Positions 38,928-48,244 of a stretch of 64,000 nt of DNA are shown piece by piece. The notes under the pieces were generated by a model. That model was not told the DNA's origin. It saw only the letters and a program-made list of their open reading frames with translations, and ran no database searches. Where the stretch lies: NCBI GenBank assembly GCA_963725865.1, contig CAVSAC010000012.1, forward strand, positions 928,001 through 992,000, given 5' to 3'. Both the position numbers and the translations under genes were made by a program. This DNA comes from Candidatus Eiseniibacteriota bacterium (GTDB taxonomy: Bacteria; Eisenbacteria; RBG-16-71-46). Numbering within the stretch: position 1 is the stretch's first letter; every line of letters begins with the position of its first letter.

Positions 38928-40216
38928 GCGCGCGCGCCCTCGTCTGCGCACTCGCCGGCGCGCTGCTCGCCGCCACCGCCGCCACCGTCGCCACCGCCCA
39001 GCCGCCGAGCGACGTGCGCATCGACATCCGCTCGGCCGAGGGGCGGCGCATCCGCGTGCAGTGCGAGCCGCTGGTCCCCGCGGGGGACCGCAGCGCGGGG
39101 ATCACGAGCGTGCAGGCCGACGAGACGCTGGCGGCCGACCTCGATCACTCCGCCGTGTTCACGGTCGCCCGCACGTGGGCGCCCGGACAGGAGGCCTTTG
39201 ACGTGCAGGCGGTGGTGGGCGGGCGCTGGACCGTCAACGGTTCCACGGTCCGCCTGGCGGGCGAGGTGCGGGACGTCCCCGCGCGGCGCCCCATCCTGGT
39301 GAAGGAGTACCGCGGACCGCTCTCCGATTGGCGCCGGCTGGTGCACGAGTTCGCCGACGACGTGGTCCTCCAGTTCACCGGCGAGCGCGGCAGCGCGTCC
39401 ACGCGCATCGCCTTCGCGTCCCGCAATGGACGTGACAAGGAGCTCTGGGTGATGGACGCCGACGGCGCCAACCCGCGGGCGCTCACGACCGACCGCTCGA
39501 TCGCTCTGTCACCGGCGTGGGCGCCCGACGGATCGCTGCTCCTGTTCACGTCGTACCGCGGGGGCAGCGGCCCCCAGATCTGGGTGGTGCCCGTCGCCGG
39601 CGGGCGCGCGCACCTGGTCTCGGGACGCCCCGGCAACAACACCAGCGCGTCGTACTCGCCCGACGGGCGCGAAATCGCCTGCACGCTGTCGCTGGACGGG
39701 AATCCCGAGATCTATCGGCTCGATGCCCGCGGCGGCGCGCCGCAGCGGCTGACCTCGAACCGCGCCATCGACACTTCGCCGGCATGGTCGCCGACCGGGC
39801 AGGAGCTCGCGTTCACGTCCGACCGCGGCGGGAGCCCGCACGTCTACGTCATGGACCGCGATGGTGGTAATGTGCGGCGGCTGACCTATGAGGTGGATTT
39901 CACGGACTCGCCGGCGTGGTCGCCGCGCGGGGACCGGATCGCGTTCGTCGCGCGAACGGGATCGGGCTTCGACATCTACGTCTGCCGCCCGGACGGTGCC
40001 GGCCTGCGGCTCCTGGTGTCGGGCCGAAGCAACGAGAACCCGCGCTGGTCGCCCGACGGGCGCCATCTGGTGTTCGCCTCGAATCGCGAAGGTGCCTATG
40101 CGCTGTTCATCTCGGATCTGGACGAACGAGGTCCGCCGCGCCGGCTGGACACCGGAGGACGCGAGGCGTACTCGCCCGCGTGGTCGCCGTTTCCGGCTCA
40201 TCCCGGCAATCCCTGA
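38924..40216 (+). CDS. tolB: TolB
   Basis: HEFADDVV.QFTGERG...TRIAF; repeated SPAWSPDG blades. Confidence 0.88.
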   Translation: MSARALVCALAGALLAATAATVATAQPPSDVRIDIRSAEGRRIRVQCEPLVPAGDRSAGITSVQADETLAADLDHSAVFTVARTWAPGQEAFDVQAVVGGRWTVNGSTVRLAGEVRDVPARRPILVKEYRGPLSDWRRLVHEFADDVVLQFTGERGSASTRIAFASRNGRDKELWVMDADGANPRALTTDRSIALSPAWAPDGSLLLFTSYRGGSGPQIWVVPVAGGRAHLVSGRPGNNTSASYSPDGREIACTLSLDGNPEIYRLDARGGAPQRLTSNRAIDTSPAWSPTGQELAFTSDRGGSPHVYVMDRDGGNVRRLTYEVDFTDSPAWSPRGDRIAFVARTGSGFDIYVCRPDGAGLRLLVSGRSNENPRWSPDGRHLVFASNREGAYALFISDLDERGPPRRLDTGGREAYSPAWSPFPAHPGNP

Positions 40217-40249
40217 TCCATACTCCACCCCCGACTCGGGAGGTTCGAC

Positions 40250-40774
40250 ATGAGACTCCACAGGACTCGACTGCTCGCCGTCGTCTCGCTCGCGGCGGCG
40301 CTCGCGATGCTCGCGGGCTGCGCCAAGAAGGCCGTGCAGCAGCCGCCGGCGCCGGCCACCCCGCCGCCGACGACGGCACCCGCACCGGCGCCCACCCCGA
40401 CTCCGACCCCCAGCGAGACGCCGGCGCCCACGGTGGTGAAGGCGGAGGACCTCAAGCCGGTGTTCTTCGACTTCGACGCCTACACGCTGTCGGCCACGGC
40501 GCGCGAGGTGCTCGATGCGAACGCGCGGATGCTGCGCGAGCACGGGGACATCCGCGTGGTGATCGAGGGGCATTGCGACGAGCGCGGCACGGTGGAGTAC
40601 AACCAGGCGCTCGGCGAGCGCCGCGCGCAGGCGGCCCGCGACTACCTGGTGAACGCCGGAATCCAGGCCAATCGGCTGTCGACGATCTCGTACGGCAAGG
40701 AGCGACCGTTCGCGACCGGCAGCGACGAGGCCGCGTGGGCGCAGAATCGCCGCGCGCACTTCGTGACCCCGTGA
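40250..40774 (+). CDS. pal: Peptidoglycan-associated lipoprotein
   Basis: Lipobox LAGC; FFDFD, IEGHCDERGTVEYNQALGERRA, ISYGKERP, NRRA. Confidence 0.94.
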   Translation: MRLHRTRLLAVVSLAAALAMLAGCAKKAVQQPPAPATPPPTTAPAPAPTPTPTPSETPAPTVVKAEDLKPVFFDFDAYTLSATAREVLDANARMLREHGDIRVVIEGHCDERGTVEYNQALGERRAQAARDYLVNAGIQANRLSTISYGKERPFATGSDEAAWAQNRRAHFVTP

Positions 40775-41583
40775 TGGGCCGCCTGCCGATCGCCGAATCC
40801 GATCGATCGCGCATCGCCCGGCGCTCCGCGGCGCTCGTCGGGGGCCTGGCGCTCGCGGGCGCGCTCAGCGGCCTCACCGGCTGCATGGCGCCGCAGCTCG
40901 CGCTGCTGCGCTCGGGGCTCGACAGCCTGCGCACTCAGGTGGACACCCTGACGGTGCGCGACTCGATCGCCTATCGGGTGCTGCTCGACACCCGCCAGGA
41001 CCTGGCGGAGCAGCGCGATGTCCTGCTGTCCACCCGGGCCACGACCGGCAGCACGACGCAGGAGCTGTTCGAGCAGATGTCGCGGCTGGAGGGCAAGCTG
41101 GACGAGGTGATGGGGCGCTTCAACCAGCTGTCGACGCGGACCGGGTCGGCACCGGCGGGCGTGCCTCGCGGCGCGGATCCAGATTCCGCGGCGGCGGGCG
41201 CGGTGGACGTCCAGCAGCTCTACGATCAGGCGGCCCAGGATCTCACCCAGGGGCGCTACGCGATGGCGCTCCAGACCTTCCGCGAGGTGGTGCGACGCCA
41301 GCCGACCTCCGAGCTGGCGGACAACGCGCAGTACGGCGTCGGGGAGTGCCTGTTCGCGCAGTCGATGTTCGACAGCGCGGCGGTCGAGTATCGCAAGGTG
41401 GAGGCGTCGTGGCCGCTCGGCGAGAAGGTGCCTGCCGCGCTCTACAAGCTGGCGTTGGCCGAGGACAAGCTCGGGCACAAGCAGCAGACGACCCGCACGC
41501 TCGAGGACCTGGTCAAACGCTTCCCCCTCTCCGGGGAGGCCCAGCTGGCCCGTGAGCGACTGGGTGTCCCGAAGCGCCGCTAG
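40774..41583 (+). CDS. cpoB: Tol-Pal protein CpoB/YbgF
   Basis: Lipobox LTGC, coiled coil, TPR LADNAQYGVGE...KVPAALYKLA; follows pal. Confidence 0.82.
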   Translation: MGRLPIAESDRSRIARRSAALVGGLALAGALSGLTGCMAPQLALLRSGLDSLRTQVDTLTVRDSIAYRVLLDTRQDLAEQRDVLLSTRATTGSTTQELFEQMSRLEGKLDEVMGRFNQLSTRTGSAPAGVPRGADPDSAAAGAVDVQQLYDQAAQDLTQGRYAMALQTFREVVRRQPTSELADNAQYGVGECLFAQSMFDSAAVEYRKVEASWPLGEKVPAALYKLALAEDKLGHKQQTTRTLEDLVKRFPLSGEAQLARERLGVPKRR

Positions 41584-43228
41584 GGCGCTGCTCGTCTACG
41601 TGGTCGGCGCGGTGCCGCTGGGCGTCGCGCCGGCCGCCGCCACCCCGGCGGTGGCGATCGTCACGCTGGCGGTCGACACGACCGGCGGACGCCTCGAGGC
41701 GGCCCCCGAGACGCGCGGGCTGCCGATCCGGTCCATCCGCATCCGGCCGCGGGACATCTACGACCCCGTGCCGCCCGGCCGGCTCGGTCCGCTCTACCGC
41801 GGCGCGAACCGGCTGCACGTCGTGAGCCGGCCGGCGACCGTGGAGCGCGAGCTCGCGTTCGGACGCGGCCAGAACTGGGACGACGCGCGCGGGCTCGAGA
41901 CCCTGCGCGCGCTCCGCGATCTCGACTTCATCCAGCCGATCGCGCTGCGCGTGGCCGCGAGCGGGGACTCGGCCGATGTGGAGCTCGAGACCCGCGACGT
42001 GTGGAGCACGATCCCGGAGTTCAACCTGGAGAGCGGGGGCGGGAAGAGCTACGGCGCCGGCGCGTTCACCGAGCGCAACCTGTTCGGATACGGCAAGTCG
42101 GCTTCGGTCGCCTACCGCAGCGACCCGACCGGCATCTCCCGATCGGTCACGTGGTCGGATCCCGCGGTCGCCGGCTCGCACGCGCGGCTGCAGTTCGCGG
42201 CCGTCACCGGGTCCGCGGGCGTCACCAACCAGGTGTACGCGGGCGTGCCGTTCTGGTCCGAGGACGCGCCCTACACCGCCTTCGCGAGCTGGACGCGCTC
42301 GACCTCGGTGGCGCGCCTGTTCGAACGCAGCGAGGTCGCCGCCGACCTCGACGAGCGGCGCGAGGAGGTCGAGGTCGGCTGGGGACGCGGCGGGCGCGTG
42401 GACGGGATCGTGCGCAGGCTCACGTACTCGTTCTGGCTGCGGAACCGGCGCCTGGGACCCAGCCGGCTCGAGCCCGGCGCGCCCGTGGAGTTCGACGGCG
42501 GCGAGGAGAACCTCCGGATCCGCCGGCTCGCCGCCGAGCTGCGCCTGTGGCAGCCGCACTTTGTCGAGCGCCGCAGCGTCGATCGCATGAGCGGCCTCGA
42601 GGACTTCGACGTCGGACCGCTCGTGTCCGTGAAGCTGGGCTTCTCGCCGCGCATCCTGGGAGCGTCCACCGACGAGTCGTACGCGCAGTTCGGGCTCGAC
42701 GGCGGCACCGCGACCCCGCTGGGATTCGGAACGGTGCACGCGTCGATGGCGACGCGGTTCCGCTACCGGCCCGAGGAGCTGATCCGCAGCGTCGACGCGC
42801 GGTGGGTGAGCCAGATGTTCCCGGGCCAGACGCTGGTGGCCGCGGGCGCCGGCATCTGGGGCCTGCGCATGGCGCGCGATTGGCAGACCGTGATCGGCGG
42901 ACTCAATGGCCTCCGCGCATTCCCGGTCCACGCGCTGGCGGGACGTCAGGCGTGGCGCTTCAACCTCGAGGACCGCTGGCTCATCGGCCGCGAGTACTGG
43001 GAGCTCGTGAACGTGGGGCTGGCGGCGTTCTGGGACGGCGCGCGGGTGTGGGGGCCCGGCTCCGCGGGCACCGACTGGTACCACGACGCGGGGGTCGGCG
43101 TGCGGCTCGCGCTCCCGCACATGTCGAGCAACCAGGTCATCCGGCTCGACGTGGCCTGGCCGGTGCGCCCGACCCCGGCGAGTGGCCGCGACGCGGTGTT
43201 CTCGTTCGGCTCGCGGCAGGCGTTCTGA
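41552..43228 (+). CDS. Omp85 (BamA/TamA-like) outer membrane protein with one POTRA-like domain
   Basis: TVERELAFGRG..D...ETLRALRDLDF POTRA-like segment; ERNLFGYG; GGLNGLRAFP loop; DAGVGVR; IRLDVAWP; C-terminal Phe. Confidence 0.72.
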   Translation: MSDWVSRSAARALLVYVVGAVPLGVAPAAATPAVAIVTLAVDTTGGRLEAAPETRGLPIRSIRIRPRDIYDPVPPGRLGPLYRGANRLHVVSRPATVERELAFGRGQNWDDARGLETLRALRDLDFIQPIALRVAASGDSADVELETRDVWSTIPEFNLESGGGKSYGAGAFTERNLFGYGKSASVAYRSDPTGISRSVTWSDPAVAGSHARLQFAAVTGSAGVTNQVYAGVPFWSEDAPYTAFASWTRSTSVARLFERSEVAADLDERREEVEVGWGRGGRVDGIVRRLTYSFWLRNRRLGPSRLEPGAPVEFDGGEENLRIRRLAAELRLWQPHFVERRSVDRMSGLEDFDVGPLVSVKLGFSPRILGASTDESYAQFGLDGGTATPLGFGTVHASMATRFRYRPEELIRSVDARWVSQMFPGQTLVAAGAGIWGLRMARDWQTVIGGLNGLRAFPVHALAGRQAWRFNLEDRWLIGREYWELVNVGLAAFWDGARVWGPGSAGTDWYHDAGVGVRLALPHMSSNQVIRLDVAWPVRPTPASGRDAVFSFGSRQAF

Positions 43229-43325
43229 TGCGCCGCCCGCGCGCTCGCGTTCACTCACGGGCTGGCATAGACTGCCCGGTGGCGATCCGCGCACGTGAGG
43301 TGCGCGCTCGCCCGATGCGGACGTG

Positions 43326-44150
43326 ATGCTGCGCATCGGCACGTCGGGCATCCCGCGCTCGAGCGCGCGACCCGGCACCGTCCACGGCATCCGTCGGGCG
43401 CGCGAGCTGGGGCTGGACCATCTCGAGATGGCATGGGTCAACGGGGTGAAGATGGGCCCCGCGGCCGCGGACGCCATCGCCGAGGCGGCCCGCCGGGACG
43501 ACGTCACGCTCACCGCGCACGCGCCGTACTACGTGAACCTGTGCGGCTCGGACGAGGTGGTCTCGCGCAGCCTCGACCGCCTCGTGCAGGCCGGTCGACT
43601 CGGCGCCCGGTGCGGGGCCCAGAGCTTCTGCTTCCACGCCGGGTTCTATCAGGCGCTCGCCCCCGAAGTCGCGCGGCGGACCATCGAGGCCCGCCTGCGC
43701 GAGGTCGCGGGCGGGCTGCGCGAGGAAGGACTGGAGATCGACGTCCGGCCCGAGCTCACGGGCAAGCCCTCCCAGGTGGGCTCGCTCGAGGAGATCGTCG
43801 GCTGGAGCGAGGCGGTGGCCGGGGTCGCGCCCTGCGTGGATTTCTCCCACCAGTACGCGCGCACCGGCGGGGCGGTGAATCGCTACGAGGATTTCGCGGG
43901 CATGCTGGAGACGATCGCGCACCGACTCGGACGGGCGGCGCTCGAGCGGCTCCACGTGCACGTCTCGGGGATCGAATACGGGCCGAAGGGCGAGCGCCAT
44001 CACGTTCCGCTCGAGGCCTCGCGGTTCCGCTGGCGCGACGTGCTGAAGGCGCTGCGGGACCAACGGGTCGGGGGCTGGCTGGTGGTCGAGAGCCCGGCCA
44101 TGGAAGAGGACGCGCTGCGACTGAGGCGCGCCTGGCGGAGGATGCGGTGA
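43326..44150 (+). CDS. nfo: Endonuclease IV-like TIM-barrel protein (archaeal-type)
   Basis: TAHAPYYVNL, FHAG, RPELTGKPSQVGSLEE, PCVDFSH, HVHVSGIEYG.KGERHH, ESP..EEDA. Confidence 0.75.
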   Translation: MLRIGTSGIPRSSARPGTVHGIRRARELGLDHLEMAWVNGVKMGPAAADAIAEAARRDDVTLTAHAPYYVNLCGSDEVVSRSLDRLVQAGRLGARCGAQSFCFHAGFYQALAPEVARRTIEARLREVAGGLREEGLEIDVRPELTGKPSQVGSLEEIVGWSEAVAGVAPCVDFSHQYARTGGAVNRYEDFAGMLETIAHRLGRAALERLHVHVSGIEYGPKGERHHVPLEASRFRWRDVLKALRDQRVGGWLVVESPAMEEDALRLRRAWRRMR

Positions 44151-45307
44151 GTACGACGATGAGCCGGACCGCGCCGGTGGTGATCATCGGGGCGGGCTGC
44201 ATCGGGGCGGCGATCGCCGACCATCTCGGTCGGCGGGGCGTGAAGGACGTGTGTGTGCTGGAGCAGGAGCCGTTCGCGGGCGCCGGCTCCACGAGCAAGG
44301 CGGCGGGAGGCATCCGGGCGCAGTTCTCGACCCCGCTCAACGTGCGCCTCTCGATGATGTCCATCGAGGAGTTCGAGCGCCTGCCCGAGGTGATGGGGTG
44401 CGAGCCGGTGTTCTTCCAGGTCGGCTACCTGTTCCTGCTGGCGGACGATGTCACGTGGGCGACGTTCCAGCGGCAGGCCGAGATGCAGCGCGCGCTCGGA
44501 CTGCCGGTCGAGACCCTGACGCCCGAGCAGGCGCGTGCGCGCGTGCCGGAGTTGAACATCGAGGACCTCAAGGGCGCGACGTTCTGCGGCAAGGACGGCC
44601 TCGGCAGCCCGCACGAGGTCACGCAGCTGTTCGTGCAGCACGCCCGCGAGCTCGGCGCCCGCTTCGAGTTCGGCGTGCCCGCCACCGGCTTGATCGTCGA
44701 GCGCGGGCGCGTGATCGGCGTGCGCACACCGCAGGGCGACGTGCACACGCCGTGGGTGATCAACGCGGGGGGGCCGCACGCCGCCCAGATCGCGCGCTGG
44801 GCCGGCGTCGAGCTGCCCGTCGAGCCGGTGCGCCGCCACTGCTTCACCACCGAGCCGCTCCCGATGGCGCGCCCCGACCTGCCCATGATCGTGGACATGA
44901 AGTCGGGCGTGTACATGCACCGCGAGAGCGGCGGCATGCTGCTCGGGCTCGCGAACAAGGACGAGCCGCCGGGCTTCAACACCGCGGTCAACTGGGACCT
45001 GCTCGAGCAGGTCGTCGAGCCGGCGATGCACCGGGTGCCCGCGCTCGAGGCGGCCGAGGTGTCGAACGGCTGGGCGGGGCTCTACGAGACCACGCCGGAC
45101 CACAACGCGGTGCTCGGCCCGCCGGCGCAGGTGGCGGGACTGATGCTCGCGAACGGCTTCAGCGGCCACGGCTTCATGCACTCGCCGGCGGTCGGCCGGC
45201 TGATCGCGGAATGGATCGTGGACGGCAAGCCGAGCATCGACCTGACGCCGCTGCGAGTCGAGCGGTTCAGCGACCGCCAGGCGCCAGCCGAGGCGTACGT
45301 CATCTGA
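44147..45307 (+). CDS. FAD-dependent oxidoreductase (DAO / sarcosine oxidase beta-like)
   Basis: VIIGAGCIG, GSTSKAAGGIRAQF, VINAGG, WAGLYETTPDHNAVLG, NGFSGHGFM. Confidence 0.87.
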   Translation: MSTTMSRTAPVVIIGAGCIGAAIADHLGRRGVKDVCVLEQEPFAGAGSTSKAAGGIRAQFSTPLNVRLSMMSIEEFERLPEVMGCEPVFFQVGYLFLLADDVTWATFQRQAEMQRALGLPVETLTPEQARARVPELNIEDLKGATFCGKDGLGSPHEVTQLFVQHARELGARFEFGVPATGLIVERGRVIGVRTPQGDVHTPWVINAGGPHAAQIARWAGVELPVEPVRRHCFTTEPLPMARPDLPMIVDMKSGVYMHRESGGMLLGLANKDEPPGFNTAVNWDLLEQVVEPAMHRVPALEAAEVSNGWAGLYETTPDHNAVLGPPAQVAGLMLANGFSGHGFMHSPAVGRLIAEWIVDGKPSIDLTPLRVERFSDRQAPAEAYVI

Positions 45308-45308
45308 C

Positions 45309-45953
45309 ATGCCGCTCGTCCACCACGCTCTGGCGCTCGGACCGCTCGACAACCGCAGCTACGTGGTCCGCTGCGAGACCAGCGGCGAGGCTGCGGTGCT
45401 GGACGTCGGCTTCGACCCGGCGGCCGCGATCGATGCGGTGCGGCGGCTCGGCGTCACCGTGCGTTGGCTGCTGGCGACCCATGGTCACTACGACCATGTC
45501 GCCGGCATGCGGGAAGTGCAGGACGCGTTCGGCGGCGCGTTCTGTCTGCACCCGGGCGACCGGGCGCTGCTCGACCACCTGGACGTGCAGGGGGCGGCGT
45601 TCGGATTCCCGCCCGCCCGCGCGCCCGACGTCGTGCACGACCTCGCCGACGAGCAGCTCGTCCCGCTCGGCGAGGAGACCCTGCGCGTGATCCACACCCC
45701 CGGGCACTCGCCGGGCGGCGTGTGTTTCCTGTGGCAGGATCAGCTGTGGGCGGGCGATACGCTGTTCGCGGGCTCGGTCGGCCGCACCGACCTGCCCGGA
45801 GGATCCTCCGAGCAGCTCGAGCGCGCGATCCGCACCCGGCTGTTCCCGCTCGGCGATCACGTCCACGTCCATCCGGGGCACGGTCCCGGGACCACCCTCG
45901 GCCGCGAGCGGCGCACCAATCCGTTCGTGGGCGAAGGAGCGCACCTGCCGTGA
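45309..45953 (+). CDS. MBL-fold metallo-hydrolase (glyoxalase II-like)
   Basis: THGHYDH, HTPGHSPG, GDTLFAGSVGRTDLPGG, PGHG. Confidence 0.9.
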   Translation: MPLVHHALALGPLDNRSYVVRCETSGEAAVLDVGFDPAAAIDAVRRLGVTVRWLLATHGHYDHVAGMREVQDAFGGAFCLHPGDRALLDHLDVQGAAFGFPPARAPDVVHDLADEQLVPLGEETLRVIHTPGHSPGGVCFLWQDQLWAGDTLFAGSVGRTDLPGGSSEQLERAIRTRLFPLGDHVHVHPGHGPGTTLGRERRTNPFVGEGAHLP

Positions 45954-47002
45954 GCGATCGCACGTCCGACTGGCCGGCGCGGCTGCGCCTGGATCCGACC
46001 GCCTTCATTGCACCCGGCGCGGTGGTGGTGGGCGAGGTGACGCTGGGCGCGCGCGCGAGCGTGTGGTTCAACACCGTGCTGCGCGGGGACACCGCGGCGA
46101 TCGAGGTGGGGCCGGAGACCAACATCCAGGACAACTCCACGGTGCACGTCGACGAAGGGCAGCCGGCGCTCCTCGGCGCCCGCATCACGGTCGGTCATCG
46201 CGCCATCGTGCACGGCTGCGTGATCGAGGACGACTGCCTGGTGGGCATGGGCGCGGTGATCCTCTCGGGCGCGCGCATCGGCGCCGGCTCGCTGATCGGC
46301 GCCGCGGCGCTGGTGCGCGAGCACCAGGTGATCCCGCCCGGCAGCCTCGTGCTGGGCGCTCCGGCCCGGGTCGTGGGGCCGGTCACCGACGCACATCGCG
46401 CGGCGATCGCCGACGGCAACGCGCACTACGTGGCGCTGGCGCGCTCCTACCAGGCGCGCGGCATCGTCGCCTCCCTGCCGCCGATCGTGGGACGCGAACC
46501 CGCCATGCCGCGCGCTGGGATGCCGATGGACTTCCTCGAGTGGGAGCAGCGCCTGGCCGTACTCGCCTCCGGGCCGCGCTGGGGCCAGGAGCTGCTCGAG
46601 GCGCACGGGGGCGAGTCGTTCCGTCGCCCGCCGTCGCCCGGCCGCTGGAGCGCCGCGGCGGTGGTGGCCCACCTGCGCGACTGCGACCGCGAGGTGTTCC
46701 TGCCCCGCGTCGAGCGCGTGCTCGCCGAGGACTTCCCGGCGGTGCCCGACGTGCCGGCGCACGACTGGGCGGTCGAGCGCCGCTACGCCGACGCCGAGCC
46801 CGAGCGGGTGCTGGCCGAGTGGCGCGCGGTGCGCGAGCAGTTGATGGCGCGAATCGCGCCGCTCGGGCCCGCGGACTGGGCGCGGGCCCTGCTGCATCCG
46901 AAGCGCGGGGCCCACACGCTCGCCGAGATGGTGCGCTACTGGTGCGACCACGACCTCTCGCACCGGCGCCAGATCCGCGCCGCGCTCGGCGGGGCGCCGT
47001 GA
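45950..47002 (+). CDS. Gamma-carbonic-anhydrase-like (YrdA/PaaY) domain fused to a DinB domain
   Basis: SVWFNTVLRGD, NIQDNSTVH, VGHRAIVHGC; then WSAAAVVAHLRD...HDLSHRRQI in the same frame. Confidence 0.82.
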   Translation: MSDRTSDWPARLRLDPTAFIAPGAVVVGEVTLGARASVWFNTVLRGDTAAIEVGPETNIQDNSTVHVDEGQPALLGARITVGHRAIVHGCVIEDDCLVGMGAVILSGARIGAGSLIGAAALVREHQVIPPGSLVLGAPARVVGPVTDAHRAAIADGNAHYVALARSYQARGIVASLPPIVGREPAMPRAGMPMDFLEWEQRLAVLASGPRWGQELLEAHGGESFRRPPSPGRWSAAAVVAHLRDCDREVFLPRVERVLAEDFPAVPDVPAHDWAVERRYADAEPERVLAEWRAVREQLMARIAPLGPADWARALLHPKRGAHTLAEMVRYWCDHDLSHRRQIRAALGGAP

Positions 47003-47706
47003 TCCACCGGTTCGGCCCGCCGGGCCCACCGGCCGACCGGCTGCTGGCCGCGCTGGCGCGGCGCGGTCACGCCGTGCGCGCCGAGGCGCCGCCGGCCGCG
47101 GCCGGCGATCGTGGGGCCGACGCTGCGACGCTGGTACTGACGGCCGCGGCCGACCTCGACGCGATGGCGCTGGCGGCGCTGCTCGCGGGGTGGCGGAAGG
47201 CGGCCGGCGCACGCGTGCTGGTGCTGAGCGCGCTCGGCGCGCACCCGGACGCGCGCGCGCCGCGTCTGCGGCGGCTGTGGGCGCTCGAGGAGCAGGCGCG
47301 CGGCGCCGGGATGCCGGTGCTCACGCTGCGGCTCGCGCCGCTGGTGGGACCCGCGAGCCCGCTGTGGTTGCGACTGCGGAGCCGCCCCGCGCTGCCGCGT
47401 GCGATGCGCGGGCTGGTCCAGCCGGTGGCCGAGGCGGACGTGGTCGAGACCCTCGAGCGCGCGCTCTCCGGGCGTGCGGTGTGGGAGGGCTGGTACGAGC
47501 TGGCCGGCCCCGAGGCGTTCACGCTCGCCGAGCTGGTGGAACTCGCGGCGTCCGCGGGCCCGCCGCCGCCGGCCGGCGCGGGTGAGTGGGAGCCGGCGCT
47601 CGCCGAGCTGGCCGAGCACCGCCTCGCGGAGGCCGCGCCGTGGCTGGCGCACTTCGGGCTCGCGGCCCGCCCACTCGCGGACCAGGTGGGCGCATGGGCG
47701 GCGTGA
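46999..47706 (+). CDS. Degenerate NAD(P)-binding / atypical SDR-like protein
   Basis: [43 protein letters not shown]; glycine-rich motif eroded. Confidence 0.55.
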   Translation: MIHRFGPPGPPADRLLAALARRGHAVRAEAPPAAAGDRGADAATLVLTAAADLDAMALAALLAGWRKAAGARVLVLSALGAHPDARAPRLRRLWALEEQARGAGMPVLTLRLAPLVGPASPLWLRLRSRPALPRAMRGLVQPVAEADVVETLERALSGRAVWEGWYELAGPEAFTLAELVELAASAGPPPPAGAGEWEPALAELAEHRLAEAAPWLAHFGLAARPLADQVGAWAA

Positions 47707-48242
47707 AGCGCACGGTGCGGCGCGGCGCGCACGCCGCACGGACGCCCGGCGGGCGGCCGGTGCGCTGCGCGGTCGTCACCGTCAGCGACACCCGGCGCGG
47801 CGCCGACGACCGCGGCGGCGCCGCGATCGAGCGGCTGCTGGTCGCCGCCGGTCACGTCGTGGCGACCCGTGCGTGGGTGCGCGACACGCGCGCCGGAGTG
47901 CGCGCGACGGTCGAGCGGGTGCTCGACCGCGCGGACCTCGACGTCGTGGTGATCACCGGCGGCACCGGCATCGCCCCGCGCGACGTGAGCCCCGAGGCGA
48001 TCGCGCCGCTGATCGACACCCCGCTGCCCGGATTCGGCGAGCTGTTCCGCCTGCTGTCGCACCAACAGGTCGGCGCTGCCGCCTGGCTCTCGCGCGCGAC
48101 CGCCGGGGTGGCGCGGGGCCGGCTCGTCGTGCTGCTGCCCGGATCCGAGCGCGCCGTGACGCTGGCACTCGAGCGCCTCCTGATCCCCGAACTCGCCCAC
48201 GCCGTGCGCATGCTCGGCCGTTCCCCCCACGCGAAGGAGTGA
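47703..48242 (+). CDS. moaB: Molybdenum cofactor biosynthesis protein MoaB/MogA
   Basis: VVTVSDTR...[37 protein letters not shown]. Confidence 0.88.
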   Translation: MKRTVRRGAHAARTPGGRPVRCAVVTVSDTRRGADDRGGAAIERLLVAAGHVVATRAWVRDTRAGVRATVERVLDRADLDVVVITGGTGIAPRDVSPEAIAPLIDTPLPGFGELFRLLSHQQVGAAAWLSRATAGVARGRLVVLLPGSERAVTLALERLLIPELAHAVRMLGRSPHAKE

Positions 48243-48244
48243 GC

